From a virus (lineage: Duplodnaviria > Caudoviricetes): a DNA stretch of 64,000 bases. Shown piece by piece: positions 7,845 through 16,435 of this stretch (its first letter is position 1; the number at the start of each line of letters is the position of its first letter). The stretch lies in the IMG/VR virus record IMGVR_UViG_3300022555_000031, positions 1-64,000 of that record; one strand, 5' to 3'. The notes beneath the pieces are model-generated. The model saw only the letters and a list, made by a program, of their open reading frames with translations. It had not been told where the DNA came from and did no database searches. The position numbers and the translations under genes are program-made.

Positions 7845-10046
7845 ATGGATGTTAGAAAGGTAGTGTATAGTAATTTCAAGTCGCTTCGTAATGAGACGTT
7901 GGATTTGGCTGGTATCAACGGGGCCTTTTTGGTCCTGGGTATGATAAACGGGGACCCAGGGTTGTCTAACGGGGCGGGTAAATCCTCAATGGTTGAGGGC
8001 TATGTCTGGTGTGTTTTTGGCGAATCACCATTGAAGAGTGATGATGAGCTTATAACTACTGGCGAAGACACGATGTCCGTCCAGACTGAATATGTTTCCA
8101 ATGGCAACAATTATGTAATCTACAGGAAAAGAATACGTGGCAAGAAGACCGAGTTGCTCTTTACGGAGAACGGCAGGTCTTTGACCGAGAACAGTGTGAA
8201 GGCGACGCAGGCGGTTATCCATGAGAAACTTTTGTCATACAATCTCTACCTTAACACTGGGTATTTCAAACAGCAGGAGTTTGACGTTCTTGCCAGACAG
8301 ACCCCAGCGAACCGCAAAGCGATACTTATGGAGCTACTACCTCTCCTGATTTATTCTAAGGGACTGGAAGCGGTTAAAGCTTACATCTCTTCCCTCGAGA
8401 AAGACATCTATGCTAAGGAGCAAAGCCTGTCTGATATAGACTTGAAGGTTATCGAGACCCAACTGGAGACCTGCGGGTTGCTTATTGCAACGCTCAGGGG
8501 CCGTGTGGAGCAGGATACCGCCACCATCAAGGGGTTGACTGCGGAGTTGGACGGTTATCAGCAGGAGTATGGCAAGTTCCAGGGTAAATTGCAGATGCTT
8601 GAAAGCATGACTGATGAGTTAAAGAAGGCGACTCGTGAAGTTGAGATGATAGAGACGCAGATTGGGAATAACAGGCGGGCCAAGGAGAACGAAATCTCTA
8701 ACACGAAATCAGAGATAGGTAAATGCCAGGACCAGATAGGGGGCAAGGTTCGGATAGACAGTATCCTGGCCGAGATAGAAGCAGAGGTTAAGAAGATTGC
8801 CACGGTGAAGATTGAGGTGGCACAGTTAACCGAAGAGCGTAGGGGTTTAACCGAACAGGGTATTGTCATCCAAAGGAATATCCCTGCATTAAAGGCCGAG
8901 GTTGATAAACTTAGGAACAAATATAAAGCACTGGCCGAGGTGGAGACGCCAGATTGCCCATTGTGCGGGTCGCTGTTGGACACGGAGAAGGTAGGCAAGG
9001 TCCTCAAGGACATAGAGGAAGAGGGTAAGGCAAAGAAAGCACAGATGGAGGGCCTGGAAGAAGACCTGAAGGCCATTGGGGAGAAGGTCCGTGCTGTTGA
9101 TGAGAACATTAAAAGACATGAGTCTTCTTTACAGAGAGAGCGGGAGATAGAGAAGGATAAAAAGAAATATGAGGCCATGCTTGTTGATATACAGATTGCC
9201 GAGAACAGGCTCCAGTATATGAAGGACCAGCAACAACAGATAGAAGCTAAATACGCCTCAGACGATACGATGATTACCAGTATGCGAGATGAGAAGATAA
9301 AGCACAAAGCGGACCTGGAGAAGAAGGTTAAGGCGATAGACATAGACAAGACCGCAGTTAATAAGGTGGCCTTTGCTATAGAAGAGAAGCAGGCCCAGAT
9401 TAAGATGAAGCAAAGGGGCATTGAAGATACCATGCAGGAAATCGGGAAGTCGGAACAGTTTATCAAGCAACACGAGGAGACCAAGAAGAAGTTTGCGGTA
9501 GACTCTCAGCGGTTGGTCGAGATGAAGGACGAAATGTTCATCTATGAGCAACTGGCCAGGGCATTTGGCAAAGACGGAATACCAGCGTTGATACTCGAGA
9601 ACGTTATCCCTGAGATAGAGATTGAAGCTAATGCTATCATGGCCAGGTTGAGCAGTGGCAAGATGAGGATAAGTTTACTTACACAGCGAGAGAAGAAAGC
9701 TGGCGGGCTCACAGAGACCCTGGACATAGTTATCAGCGACGACAAGGGGTCGAGGGCGTATGAGTCGTATTCTGGCGGAGAGAGAATGAGAATCAATATG
9801 GCAATCCGCCTTGCCTTGTCCAAGATACTCTGCAGACGCTCGGGGACGAAGATAGAGACGGTTATCATCGACGAGGTGGACGCCCTGGACGACGCTGGTG
9901 TCAGGGGTTTCGTATCAGTGATAAACGACATGCAAAACATGTTCAAGAAGATTATAATTATTTCGCATATCAGCGAGCTGAAAGAATACTTCAAACAGAC
10001 CATCACGGTCAATAAGACTTTAGAGGGCAGTAAGATAATTGTCTGA
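7845..10046 (+). CDS. sbcC: SbcC/Rad50-family SMC-like ATPase
   Basis: Walker A NGAGKSS, long coiled coil with CPLC Zn hook, signature YSGGE, Walker B IIDEVDALD, H-loop ISH. Confidence 0.95.
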   Translation: MDVRKVVYSNFKSLRNETLDLAGINGAFLVLGMINGDPGLSNGAGKSSMVEGYVWCVFGESPLKSDDELITTGEDTMSVQTEYVSNGNNYVIYRKRIRGKKTELLFTENGRSLTENSVKATQAVIHEKLLSYNLYLNTGYFKQQEFDVLARQTPANRKAILMELLPLLIYSKGLEAVKAYISSLEKDIYAKEQSLSDIDLKVIETQLETCGLLIATLRGRVEQDTATIKGLTAELDGYQQEYGKFQGKLQMLESMTDELKKATREVEMIETQIGNNRRAKENEISNTKSEIGKCQDQIGGKVRIDSILAEIEAEVKKIATVKIEVAQLTEERRGLTEQGIVIQRNIPALKAEVDKLRNKYKALAEVETPDCPLCGSLLDTEKVGKVLKDIEEEGKAKKAQMEGLEEDLKAIGEKVRAVDENIKRHESSLQREREIEKDKKKYEAMLVDIQIAENRLQYMKDQQQQIEAKYASDDTMITSMRDEKIKHKADLEKKVKAIDIDKTAVNKVAFAIEEKQAQIKMKQRGIEDTMQEIGKSEQFIKQHEETKKKFAVDSQRLVEMKDEMFIYEQLARAFGKDGIPALILENVIPEIEIEANAIMARLSSGKMRISLLTQREKKAGGLTETLDIVISDDKGSRAYESYSGGERMRINMAIRLALSKILCRRSGTKIETVIIDEVDALDDAGVRGFVSVINDMQNMFKKIIIISHISELKEYFKQTITVNKTLEGSKIIV

Positions 10047-10053
10047 GGTGGCT

Positions 10054-10434
10054 ATGGTTGAGACAGCGATAAAGATGGCGGGTCAGTGCCAGATGTGTAA
10101 GGAGGCCACTGAAGAGCGGTGGCGGATGTTATTCGAGGTCCATCAGATTGGGGCAAAGGTCCAGGACTCTTTAATCAAGGCGTACATAGACGACATGAAG
10201 GCTGGAGAAAGAGTTTTTTCTATGGACAATATAGATTATATGCAGACCAAGCTGGAGGACATGGAGTGTTTTAATGTGCGGGTGAACACGATAGTATTCT
10301 TCTTGTGTGACGACTGCAAGGATATTGTGATTCAAAGGATGACTGAAGGGGGTATCGCTCATTTAGCGGACCATGTGGTGAAATCTTTAGGGGAGGGCAA
10401 GGGTGGACAAAATAAAACTGACGGAGCCGTTTAG
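10054..10434 (+). CDS. hypothetical Zn-binding protein
   Basis: CQMC...CDDC; SD GAGGTG before ATG 10054. Confidence 0.7.
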   Translation: MVETAIKMAGQCQMCKEATEERWRMLFEVHQIGAKVQDSLIKAYIDDMKAGERVFSMDNIDYMQTKLEDMECFNVRVNTIVFFLCDDCKDIVIQRMTEGGIAHLADHVVKSLGEGKGGQNKTDGAV

Positions 10435-10588
10435 GTGCCTGTTGAGCCATGCGAACTGGAATGCGAAGGACGAAAAGATTTACAAGAGCCTGCTGGATTG
10501 GCACGATAAACACGGTGGGCTTACTGTAAAGCAGACGCAATTACTCGGCAGTTTATATAGCCGATACGGGGAGGGTAAGACAAGATGA
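10403..10588 (+). CDS. hypothetical protein
   Basis: 61-aa ORF with SD GGAGGG. Confidence 0.55.
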   Translation: MDKIKLTEPFRCLLSHANWNAKDEKIYKSLLDWHDKHGGLTVKQTQLLGSLYSRYGEGKTR

Positions 10589-10737
10589 TAAAGGGTCAAA
10601 GGATAGCGTGGTGTGTAATACTGGAGCGTAAGACAGATAAATCTCAGTGTAAGCGTTGCGAGAGGGGCGGTGAGACTCCAGAACAGAGAAAGGATTGTGC
10701 GAAGATGAGTATAAAATTCCGTAACAAGGAGGAGTAA
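10585..10737 (+). CDS. hypothetical Cys-containing protein (50 aa)
   Basis: Manual translation MIKGQRIAWC...CKRC...; ATGA coupled; fills gap. Confidence 0.5.
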   Translation: MIKGQRIAWCVILERKTDKSQCKRCERGGETPEQRKDCAKMSIKFRNKEE

Positions 10738-10738
10738 G

Positions 10739-11050
10739 ATGTGGATAATAGTGGTAGTGGTTTTGCTTACGATTGCCGTAGGATTACTTGCTTGCGTGGT
10801 GGGGGACTTAGACAAAAAGATTGCCAAACTGACCAACAAGATGGATTGTGTTGACAGCAAGTTTCAGGGCATATACGGATACGGAGACTTCTGGGACATG
10901 AAGATGGTGTGCGAGCAGTTTAACACAATCCATAGGAGGTTTCGCCTACTTGAAGAACACTTCGGGATTAAACGGGAAATCACTCCAATAATCACCAAGT
11001 ATGTCCCTGTGAAAAAACAAAAGGGAGGGAAATATGGAAGCAAACAATAA
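10739..11050 (+). CDS. membrane-anchored hypothetical protein
   Basis: N-terminal TM helix then coiled coil; SD GGAGG. Confidence 0.7.
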   Translation: MWIIVVVVLLTIAVGLLACVVGDLDKKIAKLTNKMDCVDSKFQGIYGYGDFWDMKMVCEQFNTIHRRFRLLEEHFGIKREITPIITKYVPVKKQKGGKYGSKQ

Positions 11051-11444
11051 GGCTTGGGCAAGGTTTACGCTCTCAGGTGTGGAGTATTACGGCAGGATAA
11101 CTATTGTTCCTGTCACCGACGACATACCCCTTATAGAGCGGGTTAAGGATGTGGTGTTTGGCAATGCAAAGGTCATCCTGGAGTATCCGCACATCTTGAC
11201 CAGGATACAGGGCCCAGATGGCAGGATACACATGAACCCTATTCCGTTATATCCAGCGGAGACAGAGATGTCATTCAAGTCTATGATTATCGACGCTGGT
11301 AAAATAGACACGGTGGTTCCAATGAAAGAGACCGAGGGGATTATCAAGGCCATCAGGGATGCCGAGGGGATAGGCGAGAAGATTATTGCGGTTACCCCAG
11401 TGGCCCCGATACCAAAGAACGTCATCCAGTTTGACGGCAGGTAA
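11034..11444 (+). CDS. hypothetical protein
   Basis: 136-aa ORF, SD GGGAGGG. Confidence 0.75.
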   Translation: MEANNKAWARFTLSGVEYYGRITIVPVTDDIPLIERVKDVVFGNAKVILEYPHILTRIQGPDGRIHMNPIPLYPAETEMSFKSMIIDAGKIDTVVPMKETEGIIKAIRDAEGIGEKIIAVTPVAPIPKNVIQFDGR

Positions 11445-11459
11445 TAAAAGGAGAAAACA

Positions 11460-11759
11460 ATGAAGAAGTTAAAGTTCACGGGTGTCGTACCGACTACAAC
11501 GAAAGAGGTTAGAAAGTGGTGTCTACATTTCTTCCGCAACGACCCGCAGGTGGCCATGTCTCTTTCTGCTGGCAGTATCGGATATGGGGAGACTTTTGAC
11601 GACATAGTCCGCATTGTCACACCATTCCTCAAGCTATTAGCCTATAAAGAGCAGTTGCGGTTTGAGTATTATAATCTGCATGATGAGTTCGAAAAGATTG
11701 ATGCTAAGCTTGCCAAGGGACTTGCTGTCGGGGTAAAAAAATGCCGAAATTCAAAATAG
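11460..11759 (+). CDS. hypothetical protein
   Basis: 99-aa ORF, SD AGGAG. Confidence 0.7.
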   Translation: MKKLKFTGVVPTTTKEVRKWCLHFFRNDPQVAMSLSAGSIGYGETFDDIVRIVTPFLKLLAYKEQLRFEYYNLHDEFEKIDAKLAKGLAVGVKKCRNSK

Positions 11760-11962
11760 AATTCTGCAAAGTCTACCTGGAGCCCTTCGAGGAACAGGTA
11801 GTTGAGGCTGAGACCGAACTCAGTGCCAAGATTATCGCCAGGGGGCTGGTGACTCAAAGGCAAAGGGAAATAGAGACCCAGATAACGGCGTCTGTTTCCC
11901 TGGTGAAGGAAGAGCCATCAGCCCCGCCGACGACCAATGCGGGTGCGGGCTGTCCATTTTAA
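11741..11962 (+). CDS. hypothetical protein
   Basis: 73-aa ORF ending in CPF. Confidence 0.6.
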   Translation: MPKFKIEFCKVYLEPFEEQVVEAETELSAKIIARGLVTQRQREIETQITASVSLVKEEPSAPPTTNAGAGCPF

Positions 11963-11970
11963 TATTATCC

Positions 11971-11999
11971 TTGACAATCTATTGGACAACCGTTATAAT
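11971..11999 (+). promoter_or_regulatory. consensus sigma70 promoter
   Basis: TTGACA-N17-TATAAT directly upstream of the clamp gene. Confidence 0.85.
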
Positions 12000-12043
12000 G
12001 AGTATATTAGGTTACGCAGGATAGTGAGCAGGCTGGAGGAAAA

Positions 12044-13153
12044 GTGGAAGTTAAACTGAACCGCAGTGACATAAAAAACAAACTGGATGCTGTGTGCCAG
12101 GTTACTGGCTCCAAGATGAAGTTCATCCTGTCATCTGTAAAAATTATTAAGGTGGCCGATAAATTAGAGCTCCATGCTTCTAATGGCACGATATCAATAA
12201 TCACATCTATTAAACTCACAGACAACGACAACTCGGAAGGCGGTATGGTTGTTAACGCAAAAGAATTGGCCTCCCTGGTTGACAGTGCTCCCGAGAAAGA
12301 AATCAAGCTTATAGAACGTGCGAACACTATTGATTTTGTTTCTGGGGATTTTGTGGCCAAGTTATCTAAGTTGCCTCTTACGGATTACCCCGAGTTCAAA
12401 CTGAACCCACCAGAAGATAGTGTTGCGATAGGCTTCAGTGTGTTCAGGGAAGCGATAACAAAGGTGTTGGCCGTTGTGGATGAGAATAGTAGTTCTCTTC
12501 CGTTGTGTGGAGTATATTTCAAGGGCATGTATGTGATTGCGAGCGACGGCAAGATGTCGACTTTTGCCACCCTGCCCGTTGGGCCAATCCTGGAGGTTAT
12601 TGTTCCAGTGAAACTCTTAAACATTGTGAAGGGGTTTGAGCGGGCCGAGGAAAATATCCTCATATCCGTGCAAGGGCCTTCAATTACATTTAAGTATGGG
12701 GATACCCTTTTGGCTGGACAAGTCGTGGATGCAAAGTATCCCGACATAGTTAAGGCTATATCTGCATTTAAGGTGGACCTTTCCCTGAAAGTAGATAAGA
12801 CGGCCCTCCTTGATGTCCTTGATAGGGCGACATTGTTCACTTCTTTATCGGTGAATAAGGCGGTGCCAGCGATTAAGTTCGAGATAATACCAGGCAAGGA
12901 TAAGTCGACGTATCGGATTACGTCTGTGGTTGACGGTAGGCAGACTGTGGAGTCTCACCCGTGCGTATCCTGGACTGGCGACAAATTCGAGTCCACCTTT
13001 AACGTGTTGTACTTGAAGCGGGCTGTATCTTTTGTTCAAGGGGAAGTGGTGTCTATTCGCCTGGGTATGCCGAGTGCCGAGGGGAGGAGGATGCCAATAT
13101 TTGTTGACGAAGACGATAAGGGCTACCACTCAGTTATAATGGCAATGAAGTAA
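12044..13153 (+). CDS. dnaN: DNA polymerase III beta sliding clamp
   Basis: 369 aa three-domain size; ILSSVKI, VNAKEL, DYPEF, IASDGK, AKYPD, FNVLYL match beta-clamp positions. Confidence 0.88.
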   Translation: MEVKLNRSDIKNKLDAVCQVTGSKMKFILSSVKIIKVADKLELHASNGTISIITSIKLTDNDNSEGGMVVNAKELASLVDSAPEKEIKLIERANTIDFVSGDFVAKLSKLPLTDYPEFKLNPPEDSVAIGFSVFREAITKVLAVVDENSSSLPLCGVYFKGMYVIASDGKMSTFATLPVGPILEVIVPVKLLNIVKGFERAEENILISVQGPSITFKYGDTLLAGQVVDAKYPDIVKAISAFKVDLSLKVDKTALLDVLDRATLFTSLSVNKAVPAIKFEIIPGKDKSTYRITSVVDGRQTVESHPCVSWTGDKFESTFNVLYLKRAVSFVQGEVVSIRLGMPSAEGRRMPIFVDEDDKGYHSVIMAMK

Positions 13154-13191
13154 TACAAATTTAGGGGAGAACCCCCAAAGGAGGAAGGGAT

Positions 13192-13623
13192 ATGAAAAAG
13201 TTTCTGGTAATTGCAATGGTGTTGTTTGTGGGGCTGTTGGCATTTGGTGCCGACAAAGTTGTGCAGGTGAAGGGTGATGTGACTACGGCTACGGCGGGCC
13301 AGGTTACGGTTGACCCCATTAAAGCCTACACTGCGAAGATAGAGGCGGACAGGAAGAGGACCGATGATTTCGGTGTTATGAACCTTGCCTGGAGCCTGAA
13401 CAACTGTGCCTATGAGATTATTAAGGCATATAAAGTTGATAAGACTGGCGACCTGAATAAAGCGAAAGCCTATTTACTTGAGGCCCAGACTCTATCTGAC
13501 CCGAAGATTGACGACGAATGCAAGCGTTGCATACAGTCCAATCTTGATTTCTGTAATAACTATTTGCCGAAGGAAACGGTAACCGTAACCACTACGACCG
13601 TCACCAAGACGACTAAGAAATAA
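13192..13623 (+). CDS. secreted helical protein with signal peptide
   Basis: MKK + hydrophobic core + AFG/A cleavage-like site; helical Cys-containing body; Thr/Lys tail. Confidence 0.75.
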   Translation: MKKFLVIAMVLFVGLLAFGADKVVQVKGDVTTATAGQVTVDPIKAYTAKIEADRKRTDDFGVMNLAWSLNNCAYEIIKAYKVDKTGDLNKAKAYLLEAQTLSDPKIDDECKRCIQSNLDFCNNYLPKETVTVTTTTVTKTTKK

Positions 13624-13631
13624 TGTGAACA

Positions 13632-13653
13632 GGGGCGGGCTTCGGCCCGCCCC
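13632..13653 (+). terminator. GC-rich hairpin with cUUCGg tetraloop (possible terminator or stabiliser)
   Basis: GGGGCGGGC-TTCG-GCCCGCCCC perfect 9-bp stem; no U tract. Confidence 0.55.
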
Positions 13654-13670
13654 AAACTCATGGAGGAACT

Positions 13671-13931
13671 ATGATAATCATTGGGATGGTGAACGAAGGA
13701 AAGAGTGAGCAGGATAATATAGCCCTCGAGGTCAGAAAGTTCCTTGATTCCAAAGGATATACTTCTGGCGTAGAGGTTCAGGTTTCTGTTGGCGAAGATG
13801 TCCAAGTGCAAGACAGGATTGCCGAGATGCCTGTAGTTAACAGGGGTGTTCGGGATGACATCGAGGATAGGCTCGATGAGATAAACGACAATGTTCGCTG
13901 TATCAAAGAGATAGTTCAAGATATCAAATAG
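13671..13931 (+). CDS. hypothetical acidic protein
   Basis: 86 aa, SD GGAGG. Confidence 0.7.
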   Translation: MIIIGMVNEGKSEQDNIALEVRKFLDSKGYTSGVEVQVSVGEDVQVQDRIAEMPVVNRGVRDDIEDRLDEINDNVRCIKEIVQDIK

Positions 13932-13934
13932 GAG

Positions 13935-14150
13935 GTGAGTTTAATGAACGAGCTAAAGCAGGTAGAGATACCGAACGATTTGCCGTCGGACGAGAAGAAC
14001 CTTGCGTTTAATCATATGATACAGAACGGCGAGGTCATTCAGACGTGTTCCATGTATATCCAAAACGTCAGGGACCAGATAGGCAAGAAAGTTATTTGCC
14101 CGAAGTGCGGAAGACAGTTTGACGTCGTCAAGGAGGGCACAAAGACATGA
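13935..14150 (+). CDS. hypothetical Zn-ribbon protein (start may be 13944)
   Basis: CPKCG motif; SD GGAGGTG. Confidence 0.7.
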   Translation: MSLMNELKQVEIPNDLPSDEKNLAFNHMIQNGEVIQTCSMYIQNVRDQIGKKVICPKCGRQFDVVKEGTKT

Positions 14151-14548
14151 GGGACAGCGAGATAATCAGGGGATTCGAGAAAGTGGAGAAGCGGATGAAC
14201 AGTTTGATTAACGAGATGTGGCTTGTGTCTTACCATTTCTCCGCCTTGCAACGTGTCCTTCGGGACAAGGGGCTTGTGACTTCTGAGCAACATAACGCCG
14301 AACTGCTCAAGATGCAGGCCGAGATAAAGGCGGGGCAAGTAAAGGAAGAGCCAGTAAAGGAAGAGCCGAAACCAGGAGACACTCCAGATGATAAGCAGGC
14401 AAAAGAAGGAGTCCAGGAAGCAGTTCCAAATGCAGGTGATACAGCGGGACAGGTATTGCCGAATAAGGAACTGCCAGACACCAAAGCTGGGGCTGTCAGC
14501 ACATCACCTGCTCGGAAAAGGTGGTGGTGGTTCGGACGTAACAGATAA
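14147..14548 (+). CDS. hypothetical protein with low-complexity tail overlapping the HNH gene
   Basis: 133 aa; ATGA coupling; last ~53 codons overlap HNH in another frame. Confidence 0.65.
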   Translation: MRDSEIIRGFEKVEKRMNSLINEMWLVSYHFSALQRVLRDKGLVTSEQHNAELLKMQAEIKAGQVKEEPVKEEPKPGDTPDDKQAKEGVQEAVPNAGDTAGQVLPNKELPDTKAGAVSTSPARKRWWWFGRNR

Positions 14549-14726
14549 CGGTATCACGTTGTGTTGTAACCATCACGTGCCTGGCGTTCATACAAAGGGC
14601 GTTGGGTGGCTTGTAGCGAATGTTAGGCAACAGCCTGGGCATGACGTTACGGCAGACGCTGATGGGGAGTTGTATGTTAACGGTGTATTGTTAAAGTCTT
14701 TTGCGATGAGAGGGAGGGAATTGTGA
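14388..14726 (+). CDS. HNH endonuclease
   Basis: RDRYCRIRNC...SAHHLLG...DVTDNGITLCCNHH..GVH = classic small HNH; SD AGGAG at 14374. Confidence 0.8.
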   Translation: MISRQKKESRKQFQMQVIQRDRYCRIRNCQTPKLGLSAHHLLGKGGGGSDVTDNGITLCCNHHVPGVHTKGVGWLVANVRQQPGHDVTADADGELYVNGVLLKSFAMRGREL

Positions 14727-15076
14727 AGATAGTAACCGTGTCGAAGAAGTTTGACTTTTCGCTGTATGTCTTGGATTTGAGGCGGGTGGCGGAAGGTAAA
14801 ACAGAGTTCACCTTTTTGTATCTTGCCGTGAGAATCGACAACCTCTTCATATACCTCCCGCACATTGCTTATCTGTCGGGGCTGAAAAGGGTAGCACACG
14901 CTTATCTTGATGTGTGTAAATACGTCAGGATGAATGCGACAGGAGAGAAGGACCCGAGCTTAAAGTTTACGCTTATCAATTACACGGTCGTAGACTGCTT
15001 CGTTTCCATCCTGGGTCTGTGTATAAGGCCCATTTGTATTTCCGTGCAGTGCTTAAAGCCAGTCGCAAAGGTTTAA
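14723..15076 (+). CDS. hypothetical protein
   Basis: GTGA coupling to HNH stop; SD GGGAGGG. Confidence 0.65.
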   Translation: MKIVTVSKKFDFSLYVLDLRRVAEGKTEFTFLYLAVRIDNLFIYLPHIAYLSGLKRVAHAYLDVCKYVRMNATGEKDPSLKFTLINYTVVDCFVSILGLCIRPICISVQCLKPVAKV

Positions 15077-15085
15077 GGAGGCTCA

Positions 15086-16171
15086 GTGGCACAAGACAAT
15101 GACATGGATGTGACCATAAGTATCCACGCCAGGAAGAGATACCTTATATCGATTGGGCTGTCTGGGGTAGTGGTTGCGTTGCTGGTTACCTTGGCGTTCA
15201 GTTGGTTCCAGTACAACAGTTATAAAAATAAATCAGAGGCCCTGGATATGCAATACAAGGGTAAACTTGTAGACTTATATAAGATGAGCAAAGACCTCAG
15301 CGAGTCCAAGGCCACGTTCGTCAACCTACAGAATACTATCTTGGCCGATGAACAGGATAAACGCAGGCGGGCCTATTGGGAGAAGTTGGCCTACTATATC
15401 GCTGGGCGTTACAATTCGTATGGGATGAAAAGACAGAAGGCGGATATGGATTTCATGCGGTATGCCGTGGCGAGTAGTTTTGAGTGTGCCGAGAAGCTGT
15501 ATGCGAAACATTTAATAGGGAATTATTCTACAGGGGTCAGGGATTGTGCCCTGAAAAGTCTTGGACATAAGCGGAAGGAAAGTGATTTCACCCTTGAGTG
15601 CGTGGGGTATAATTACGAGAAAGACTACACTGGTAAGTATTATATTATAGACCGTGATAGCGGGCGAGACGGGAGCGTAAGGTTTAACCTTGAGAAGAAG
15701 TTTGGCAGGGTTGTCGAGTGCGGTTACGACTATAAGAGAGACAGGGATAGGAGGTTTGTTGTTAAATCTGAATACGCAAAGAAATACGGTAAGACGATTA
15801 GTAGTTCAGATGTGAACCCATATAAGTCTTATCCCCACCTAATCTCCAATGGCAAGTTGTATGGGGTGCCAGTAGGGAAAATCAATAGAGACAAGGTTTA
15901 CCTGTTCTTAAATATTTTAAGTAAGGATTTTGGTTGGGAGCAGGTAAACTCGATTAACCTGGATGATTGCTATGCTATCTTGAGGAAGGCTGGGTTGTGG
16001 AGCCCGAGCATGGATAAAGATGTGATGGACCCAGAGATGAACACAATGTTGAGGATGGTGGAAGAAGAGATGCTCTGGAAGATGGGGTGCAGGAAAGAGG
16101 TCCCGTATGTAGGCGATGTATCTTTTTACGAAGACCTTAAAAAAATAGATGGATGGAGTGGGCTATATTAG
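15086..16171 (+). CDS. membrane-anchored protein, probable lytic transglycosylase-like domain
   Basis: N-terminal TM + coiled coil; RKESDF...N, SKDFGWEQVNS and DPEMN resemble lysozyme-fold LT motifs with a large insertion. Confidence 0.5.
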   Translation: MAQDNDMDVTISIHARKRYLISIGLSGVVVALLVTLAFSWFQYNSYKNKSEALDMQYKGKLVDLYKMSKDLSESKATFVNLQNTILADEQDKRRRAYWEKLAYYIAGRYNSYGMKRQKADMDFMRYAVASSFECAEKLYAKHLIGNYSTGVRDCALKSLGHKRKESDFTLECVGYNYEKDYTGKYYIIDRDSGRDGSVRFNLEKKFGRVVECGYDYKRDRDRRFVVKSEYAKKYGKTISSSDVNPYKSYPHLISNGKLYGVPVGKINRDKVYLFLNILSKDFGWEQVNSINLDDCYAILRKAGLWSPSMDKDVMDPEMNTMLRMVEEEMLWKMGCRKEVPYVGDVSFYEDLKKIDGWSGLY

Positions 16172-16186
16172 CCCAAGGAGGCAGTT

Positions 16187-16435
16187 ATGTCACAGACAGT
16201 GAAGTGCGATAAATGCGGTGCAGAGAAAGCGGGTAACAACGAATACAAGCGGGCGGGTGTGGAAAGGCTCAAGAAGGTGGAGCTGACTGGTGAAGTTGCC
16301 CAGGCGGAGGGGGTATCTCCTCTTGTGATGGAGACAATACATCTCGACATTTGTCCGACGTGCATGGTGGATTGCGAAGAGCGGATGAGGAAGAGCCTGC
16401 TTGCGTTCTTTGGCATGGAAGACGATAAAGCCTAA
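16187..16435 (+). CDS. hypothetical Zn-binding protein
   Basis: CDKCG...DICPTC. Confidence 0.7.
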   Translation: MSQTVKCDKCGAEKAGNNEYKRAGVERLKKVELTGEVAQAEGVSPLVMETIHLDICPTCMVDCEERMRKSLLAFFGMEDDKA

